NCBI GenBank assembly: GCA_002771995.1
Contig: PCRK01000006.1
Location: 6,687-53,270, forward strand
Origin: Candidatus Sherwoodlollariibacterium unditelluris
Lineage (GTDB): Bacteria > Omnitrophota > Gorgyraeia > Gygaellales > Profunditerraquicolaceae
Direction: 5' to 3'
DNA: 46,584 bases
In this document: piece after piece, positions 43,889-46,584 of the stretch
Layout: each line of letters begins with the position of its first letter
Numbering within the stretch: position 1 is the first letter of the stretch
Made by a program: the position numbers and the translations under genes
Notes under the pieces: generated by a model
Databases searched by the model: none
What the model was told of the DNA's origin: nothing
What the model saw: the letters and a program-made list of their open reading frames with translations, nothing else

Positions 43889-44566
43889 TCAGCGCTCTCT
43901 ATAGAATTTCTTGACAACATCTATCACTTCCTTGGGTTTATCTACCAAAGTAAATATATCCAGATCACTTTTACTGATATTGCCGTGCTTTAGCACAACT
44001 TTCCTTAGCCAAGCCAGAAGCCTTTCCCAATACCGGCTGTTAAACAAAATTACGGGAAATTTTAATATACGCTCAGTCTGAATTAGGTTAATTGCCTCAA
44101 AGAATTCATCCAGCGTGCCGTAGCCTCCGGGCAATATCACAAATGCCTTAGCATATTTTACAAACATAACTTTCCTGACAAAAAAATAACGGAAATTCAA
44201 AAGTATATCCACATATTTATTAGATTTTTGCTCATTGGGTATCTGGATGTTCAAACCGATGGACTGGCCTTTTGCGCGCTTAGCCCCCTTATTCGCAGCC
44301 TCCATTATTCCAGGGCCGCCGCCGGTAATAACGGCATAACCTTCTTTAGAGAATAGCCAAGCTAACTCCTCGGTTAATTTATAGTATTTATTACCGGGGT
44401 TAGTGCGGCTTGAGCCAAATATAGAAACAGCTTTGCCTATTTTGGAGAGGACTTCAAAACCATCTACAAATTCAGACATAATCCGAAATACCCTCCAAGG
44501 GTCTTCCCGGGTAAAATCTTCTTTATTAATTAAGTCGTCCAGCCGGTATATTTTTTTCTTTACCAT
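43889..44566 (-). CDS. LOG family (TIGR00730-type) nucleotide 5'-monophosphate phosphoribohydrolase
   Basis: GGGPGIMEA and PGGYGTLDE motifs. The ATG at 44566 (MVKKK) overlaps the purL stop. The track ORF starts six codons earlier. Confidence 0.88.
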   Translation of the reverse strand: MVKKKIYRLDDLINKEDFTREDPWRVFRIMSEFVDGFEVLSKIGKAVSIFGSSRTNPGNKYYKLTEELAWLFSKEGYAVITGGGPGIMEAANKGAKRAKGQSIGLNIQIPNEQKSNKYVDILLNFRYFFVRKVMFVKYAKAFVILPGGYGTLDEFFEAINLIQTERILKFPVILFNSRYWERLLAWLRKVVLKHGNISKSDLDIFTLVDKPKEVIDVVKKFYRER

Positions 44567-46584
44567 TTTAACGGAGCCCTCCAAGTATCTTTAAGTTTAT
44601 TAATATTAGCATTAATACAAATCTTTCCGTCTAATCCATAAACTTTGAAATCTTTTTTTGCGTTTACACAGCCAATTTTGCCAAAAGGCAGGCCATGCAG
44701 CGTTTTTTCAAACTCCTTCTGCCTATTCTTCTCTACCTCTACAATAAATCTGGAATTAGACTCTGAGAATAAAACAAAATCCGTACGTTTATTTTTAGAC
44801 CTATAAGGAACTTCACTCAAGAACACCTCAACGCCTAAACCGCCGGCAAAACTCATTTCAGCTAAAGCAACACCTAAGCCGCCTTCTGAACAGTCATGCA
44901 TAGCTTTGATTAGTTTTCTTTCTGCGGCATTGCTTAAGGCATTAAATAATTTCTTGGCCTTCCGCATTTTTACCTGCGGCACGGAGTTTCCGATTACACC
45001 GGACAAACCATAATAGTGCGAACCACCTAATTCATCATAAGTATTGCCGACCGCATAAATCAAATTGCCTTCCTCTTTTAAATACATAGAGACCGCATTA
45101 TCAGTATTATCCATCACTGAAATAGCAGAGATAAGAATGGTCCCGGGTATACTCAAAGACTTTCCAGCCACTGTATATTCGTTATAAAGACTATCCTTCC
45201 CGGAGATGAAAGGGACACCGAATCCTTTAGCCGCATCATAACAGCCATAAGCGCAGCGCACAAGGCTGCCCAACCTATCCGGCTTATCAGGATTACCCCA
45301 GCAGAAATTATCCAAAATCGCTACTTCTTTTAAGGAGCCGCCCACACTTATAATCTGACGCAGGGCCTCATCAATACAAGAGGCTGCCATCCAATAAGGA
45401 TCAATAAAACCGTATCTAAAATTTATCCCGTTTGCGACAATTATGCCTTTTTTAGAATTAAGTATGGGCTTTACTATGGCGGCGTCAGACGGGCCATCAT
45501 TTAATACGCCGACTAAAGGCTTTAAGACCGAACCGCCCTGGACCTCGTGGTCATACCTGCGGATTACCGACTCTTTAGAGCAAATATCATAACGCGAAAG
45601 CAGCTTAAATAATACCGGCGTAAGATCTTTTAGGCAATTTATTTTTGGCTCCTTACGCCTTAATTGAAGATAAGTTGCCTTCTTCTCTATTCTCGGCACT
45701 CCTTCATACAGAAAATCCATATTCAAAGCGCAAACTAAATTTTCTTGATAATAAAGCTCAAGTTTATTAGTACCGGTAAATTCTCCGATGACCGTGGCCT
45801 CGCAATCTTCGCCGGCAAAAACATTTAATAAGGCTTCTATATTCTTGGGTGGCACTGAAAGGATCATCCTCTCCTGCGACTCAGATATCCAGGCCTCCAT
45901 ATAAGATAAACCGCTATATTTTAGAGGAACTTTATCTAAATCTACGCGCGCGCCAATTTCAACAGCCATCTCGCCTATCGCGCTAGATAGGCCTCCTGCT
46001 CCGCAATCCGTAATTGCGCTGTATAGGCTCTTATCGCGCGCTTCAAGTATCGTATCTAGCATTTTCTTTTCCTGAATGGGATTGCCGATCTGCACCGCGC
46101 CCGCGGAGAGAATTTCAGATTCATGAGTCAGCTCTCCCGATGAGAATGTCGCGCCATGAATACCGTCTCTGCCGGTCCTACCGCCTACCACTACCACCAA
46201 ATCTCCGATATTTGTTTTCTTAAAAGATTTGTCTTTCGGCATAATCCCCGCGGTGCCGCAATAAACTAAAGGATTACCGGTAAATCCTTCATCAAATAAT
46301 ATCGCGCCGTTTACAGTGGGAATCCCCATTTTGTTTCCATAATCCTCTACCCCGCTTACTACGCCTTTCATTACGCGTTTAGGATGTAGGGCGCCGGGAG
46401 GTAACCTGCTAAAAGGATAATCCGGAAGACCAAAACAAAATACATCAGTATTAAGAATCGGCTTAGCGCCTAAGCCGGTCCCCATCGGGTCGCGGATAAC
46501 TCCTCCGATACCGGTATTTGCTCCGCCGAATGGCTCTAATGCTGAAGGATGATTGTGCGTCTCAACTTTAAAACAAACATTATA
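44560..46584 (-). CDS. purL: Phosphoribosylformylglycinamidine synthase subunit PurL; the N-terminus lies beyond the right edge
   Basis: The frame continues upstream of the track start. My translation of 46486-46584 gives YNVCFKVETHNHPSALEPFGGANTGIGGVIRDP, which is the PurL active-site block. Confidence 0.95.
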   Translation of the reverse strand, partial: YNVCFKVETHNHPSALEPFGGANTGIGGVIRDPMGTGLGAKPILNTDVFCFGLPDYPFSRLPPGALHPKRVMKGVVSGVEDYGNKMGIPTVNGAILFDEGFTGNPLVYCGTAGIMPKDKSFKKTNIGDLVVVVGGRTGRDGIHGATFSSGELTHESEILSAGAVQIGNPIQEKKMLDTILEARDKSLYSAITDCGAGGLSSAIGEMAVEIGARVDLDKVPLKYSGLSYMEAWISESQERMILSVPPKNIEALLNVFAGEDCEATVIGEFTGTNKLELYYQENLVCALNMDFLYEGVPRIEKKATYLQLRRKEPKINCLKDLTPVLFKLLSRYDICSKESVIRRYDHEVQGGSVLKPLVGVLNDGPSDAAIVKPILNSKKGIIVANGINFRYGFIDPYWMAASCIDEALRQIISVGGSLKEVAILDNFCWGNPDKPDRLGSLVRCAYGCYDAAKGFGVPFISGKDSLYNEYTVAGKSLSIPGTILISAISVMDNTDNAVSMYLKEEGNLIYAVGNTYDELGGSHYYGLSGVIGNSVPQVKMRKAKKLFNALSNAAERKLIKAMHDCSEGGLGVALAEMSFAGGLGVEVFLSEVPYRSKNKRTDFVLFSESNSRFIVEVEKNRQKEFEKTLHGLPFGKIGCVNAKKDFKVYGLDGKICINANINKLKDTWRAPLKW

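Noticed and set aside
1-46584. tRNA, rRNA, tmRNA, RNase P RNA or CRISPR arrays.
   Set aside because: I saw no T-arm-like GGTTCGAATCC-type motifs, no rRNA-like conserved blocks and no regularly spaced direct repeats. A tRNAscan or Infernal run would be needed to exclude these formally.

Overview
AT-rich chromosomal segment that looks like an uncultivated diderm bacterium; I cannot assign a phylum from sequence alone. Coding density is high, and every gene except one helicase is on the minus strand.

Gene content from left to right:
- LPS core and lipid A cluster: heptose kinase fragment, DHS-like protein, four GT9 heptosyltransferase domains in three proteins, two GT4 domains, an LpxL-ELM1 fusion, lpxK, a STAS-PilZ protein and waaA.
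- Housekeeping block: xerC/D-like recombinase, topA, dprA, aroK, spoVG, aroC and a secreted thermonuclease.
- Small accessory patch: IS200/IS605 element (tnpA and tnpB), Ski2-like helicase, Macro-Nudix fusion, yjbQ plus a truncated yjbQ paralog, TPR membrane protein, retropepsin-like protease and an AsmA-like protein.
- cca, BFN nuclease, nrdR, dCMP deaminase, glyA, rpiB and a sua5-LMW-PTP fusion.
- A split purine cluster: purE, purD, then purM, purF, purQ, a LOG gene and purL.

The most unusual content is non-coding:
1. Five copies of a short MITE/REPIN-like element sit exactly at stop/start junctions. Each has 12-bp inverted ends (CCCCGCACCTTC / GAAGGTGCGGGG) and is flanked by a TGA(A) direct repeat. 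Each copy supplies a new SD and GTG start for the downstream gene. Deleting a copy in silico restores a canonical ATGA or GTGA overlap.
2. Two divergent tandem copies of a ~230-nt element at 38.55-39.15 kb share unpaired motifs and show compensatory changes in at least four helices. This is a candidate novel structured RNA, antisense to the flanking genes.
3. Several other repeat families are present. They include palindromes and an octamer microsatellite embedded in frame in aroC, topA, purM and purQ.

No rRNA, tRNA or CRISPR array was seen.
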